A DNA stretch of 63,454 nt, filler included, from Octopus bimaculoides (taxonomy: Eukaryota): the NCBI RefSeq assembly GCF_001194135.2. It is 6 parts of 6 records of this genome, joined end to end, with 100 filler letters (N's around TTAATTAATTAA, not from the genome) between each part and the next. Parts side by side here need not be neighbours in the genome. Positions count along the whole stretch, not along the records: positions 59,403 to 61,784 come from NC_068990.1; positions 61,885 to 63,454 come from NW_026360575.1; 4 more parts are not named here. The stretch is one strand, 5' to 3'. This document shows, in pieces, positions 60,735 through 63,454 of this stretch; position 1 is the first letter of the stretch, and each line of letters begins with the position of its first letter. Below the pieces are notes generated by a model that worked only from the letters and a program-made list of their open reading frames with translations, searched no databases and was not told the origin of the DNA. Both the position numbers and the translations under genes were made by a program.

Positions 60735-62229
60735 CGTTCTTTTTGTTTATAACTGTGTTTACGTAATATGGTGCATGCTTGCACATGTTTATGTATCTGC
60801 TTTATACATGTATGTAAATTAGTTTGAGGCGCGTTCGTACATATGGATGTCGTATACTTGCATGTAAGCATGTGCAGATGGGCACATGCATGTGTCTATA
60901 AAAGGGTCGTCAGTAATTTGTCAATGTGTGTGTGTATGTGTCTGTTGTATAGCAACGTGCTTTGCGACCGTATGCATTTAATTTATATATATACATGTGT
61001 ATGAATATGTGTATGTTTGTGTTTGTATGTGTATATATATATATATATATAAGTACTCAATCTGGCGAGAGATAGATATTATTTATTTAAAGGACACAAT
61101 ACACGTCTTTAAGTGCTACTAATAGTTTCATATGTTGAGAAATATCTCAAACATATTCATCAGGCACAAACCACATATAATGAACTAAAAAAAAAAAACC
61201 TGAATAAGAGAAGAAACGCGAAAAAACTAAGGCAACGTATAGTATATGTATGTATGTAAGCACGTCTCTATATATATTAGTTATTAGCGACAGAAACACC
61301 TTTTGTAACGAATATTAATAAGCACATACAACCTAATTTGGATGTATTGTTTATAATGCCTTTGATTGCTGTAATTTAAGTTTGGTTGGATGTGCTTATT
61401 AATTAATATTCGTTACAAAACCTGCTTCTGTCGCTAACAGCTAATTTATACACAGCCCGTCGGCTTTTCATGACTTCACTGGCTGTTCGGCTAGTATTAT
61501 TCATTATCAGTTTGACTGATTCTCTTTCTGACTGATATTCGGCTTGGGTAGCTGCCACCGAGGATCCACAATATATTGAAATCTCGTGGCACGGTAGTGC
61601 CATCTGTCGGTGTAGTGACGGAATTTCACCTACCGATAATAGTACTACGATGCCTTTTAGCATTTGTCGTCTACATGAAATGATTTTCGGGACGTTTACT
61701 ACAATCTAAGGAGTTATAAATATACATCCAAGTTAAGTTGGATGTCATAATATACATACATACATACATACATATATATATATANNNNNNNNNNNNNNNN
61801 NNNNNNNNNNNNNNNNNNNNNNNNNNNNTTAATTAATTAANNNNNNNNNNNNNNNNNNNNNNNNNNNNNNNNNNNNNNNNNNNNAGAGAGAGAGAGAGAG
61901 AGAGAGAGAGACCTTGTAGAATGTTGATTAAAGCAGGTTCACTGTCTCCGGTTACCTGATGTCATCAACAGAATAGATATGAATGTCACTGGACTTACTT
62001 CAGGAATGTGTTCATTAAGTACGTAATAGATGAGAGAAAGAGAAAATGGAATTCACGCGATTCTTTATTCATCACAAAGACCGGTTCGACCCACCTTGCA
62101 CCGGTCCCTCGCAAGTGAGTTTCTGAACAAGTGATCGCAGTGTATCCTTCGGTCTATGTATGCATGTATGTATGTATGTATGTAGGTATGTATGTATGTA
62201 TGTATGTATGTATGTATGTATGTATGTAT

Positions 62230-62660
62230 GGCACCTTGACTAAGTGTCTTCTGCTATATCGTCGGCCCGACTAAAGCCATGTGAGTGGATTTGGTAGACG
62301 GTAACTGAAAGAAGCTTGTCATATATGTGTGTTTGTGCATGTGTGTGCATGTATGTGTGTGTGTGTGTATTTGTGCGTGTCTTTCTGGCTGTGTTTGTGT
62401 CCCAATGCTGCTTGTTAGCTCAACCGGTGCTGGTTTGTTTGCACCCCTGTAACTTAGGACTTCGGTAAAAGAATCGGAGAAAGTAAGTACATAGCTTTAC
62501 AAAAAAAAAAAAAAAAAAAAAAGTATTTGCTCGAAGCTATAGTAGAATACACTTGCCTAAGGTACCATGGCGTGGGAATGAACCCGGGACCATGTTGTTG
62601 GGAAACAAACTTATTACCACACATGGTCGCAGTCATATGACTGGAACAAGTAAAAGATAG
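62230..62660 (+). mobile_element. SINE family A fragments (plus body 62230-62490, minus head about 62520-62620)
   Basis: CTAAAGCCATGTGAGTGGATTTGGTAGACGG...; TATAGTAGAATACACTTGCCTAAGG...TTACCACAC. Confidence 0.7.
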
Positions 62661-63355
62661 AATATATATATATGAATCCAAAAAGTGGAACACGAGCGCA
62701 ACAGACAACAATAAATCCTCCGGACAAATAGAGGATACGAATACGGACAGGACAAAACAAAGACGGGCCATTCGTGGCCTTCTCTTCTCAGTCAAGTTTC
62801 CAAATTATCCTTACAGTTTCGGCCGGTTGCACTTGAGACTGTTCAAATCTGGTTGACCCCAAAAATCTAAGCTAAGGGCATTAAATATTTTGGGAGAAAG
62901 CAGGCGAATGTGTGCACAACAAAGACAAAAAAACAAAACAAAACAAAAGACAAACAAAAATCAGAAAAACACTGAGAAAATGTTACACGATTACAAATAC
63001 AGACAGCCAGAAAATAACAACAGGTGTCTTTCGACTAAAAGAGACGAATCTAGTTGAGTGAAAACCTTGAGGCAGGAACATAGGTGAACATCAGAGATGA
63101 AAGTCGGGAGACAGGAAGGATCTATTTTAAAACGGGGGGCGCCAGTTTTCATTTATGTTTTATGTAGTGTTTTTGGTACGGAAAGACTTTCAAACTTCGT
63201 ATACTTATCTATTTTGTGTTATAGAACGGAAAAATATTTTTGTATTCGAATTTATTTCATGTAAAAAATTGTCTTATTTCGATAATTTCTACTAATCACT
63301 GACGTCTATTCAGTCGAAAACAGTTAGCGCTGTAACGGTGTATATCGTATTAATC

Positions 63356-63445
63356 CCCTAACCCTAACCCTAACCCTAACCCTAACTAGACTGTTAACCG
63401 TAACCGTAACCGTAACCCTAACCCTAAAACTAACCCTAACTCTAG
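63356..63445. repeat. Short interstitial telomere-like (CCCTAA)n/(CCGTAA)n array
   Basis: Five exact CCCTAA units at 63356-63385, then CCGTAA x3 and further CCCTAA variants. Confidence 0.85.
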
Positions 63446-63454
63446 AATCCGAAC

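Noticed and set aside
22012-61840. Five identical TTAATTAATTAA motifs
   Set aside because: Always centred in N runs totalling about 100 bp; artificial six-frame-stop scaffold linker, not biology.
62765-62830. Permuted hammerhead-like order GGCC-GAAAC...CTGAGAAG and GGCCA-TTCG-TGGCC hairpin
   Set aside because: Core does not match CUGANGA and stem spacing is wrong.
63356-63445. True chromosome telomere
   Set aside because: Only about 90 bp, interrupted by variants, and in the wrong orientation for a right end.
1-63454. CRISPR arrays, rRNA genes, prokaryotic operons
   Set aside because: No repeat-spacer arrays, rRNA-like sequence or dense coding; sequence is repeat-rich eukaryotic DNA.

Overview
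AT-rich, microsatellite-saturated eukaryotic draft-assembly sequence with many N gaps. The repeat families look like octopus ones to me; this is inferred from pattern recognition, not a database search. I cannot identify any intact protein-coding gene, rRNA, true tRNA or CRISPR array, and almost all long ORFs in the track are microsatellite or N-gap artefacts. The window is a mosaic of tRNA-derived SINE families (my labels A, B, C, E, F), fragments of RTE and R4/Dong-type (RLE) non-LTR retrotransposons, a decayed Helitron helicase 3' end, a decayed Penelope-like (PLE) GIY-YIG endonuclease, hAT-type MITE ends and two small elements with telomere-like cores. The most interesting signal is SINE family E. 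It has a tRNA-like Pol III head joined to a tail containing a complete minimal type-I hammerhead ribozyme fold (46135-46180, minus strand), with the palindromic ACGU stem III typical of PLE hammerheads that cleave as dimers. It occurs in three copies, two of them folded back head-to-head, within a few kb of the PLE endonuclease fragment. A CpG-poor domain from about 39 to 59 kb suggests a germline-methylated gene body whose exons I could not identify.
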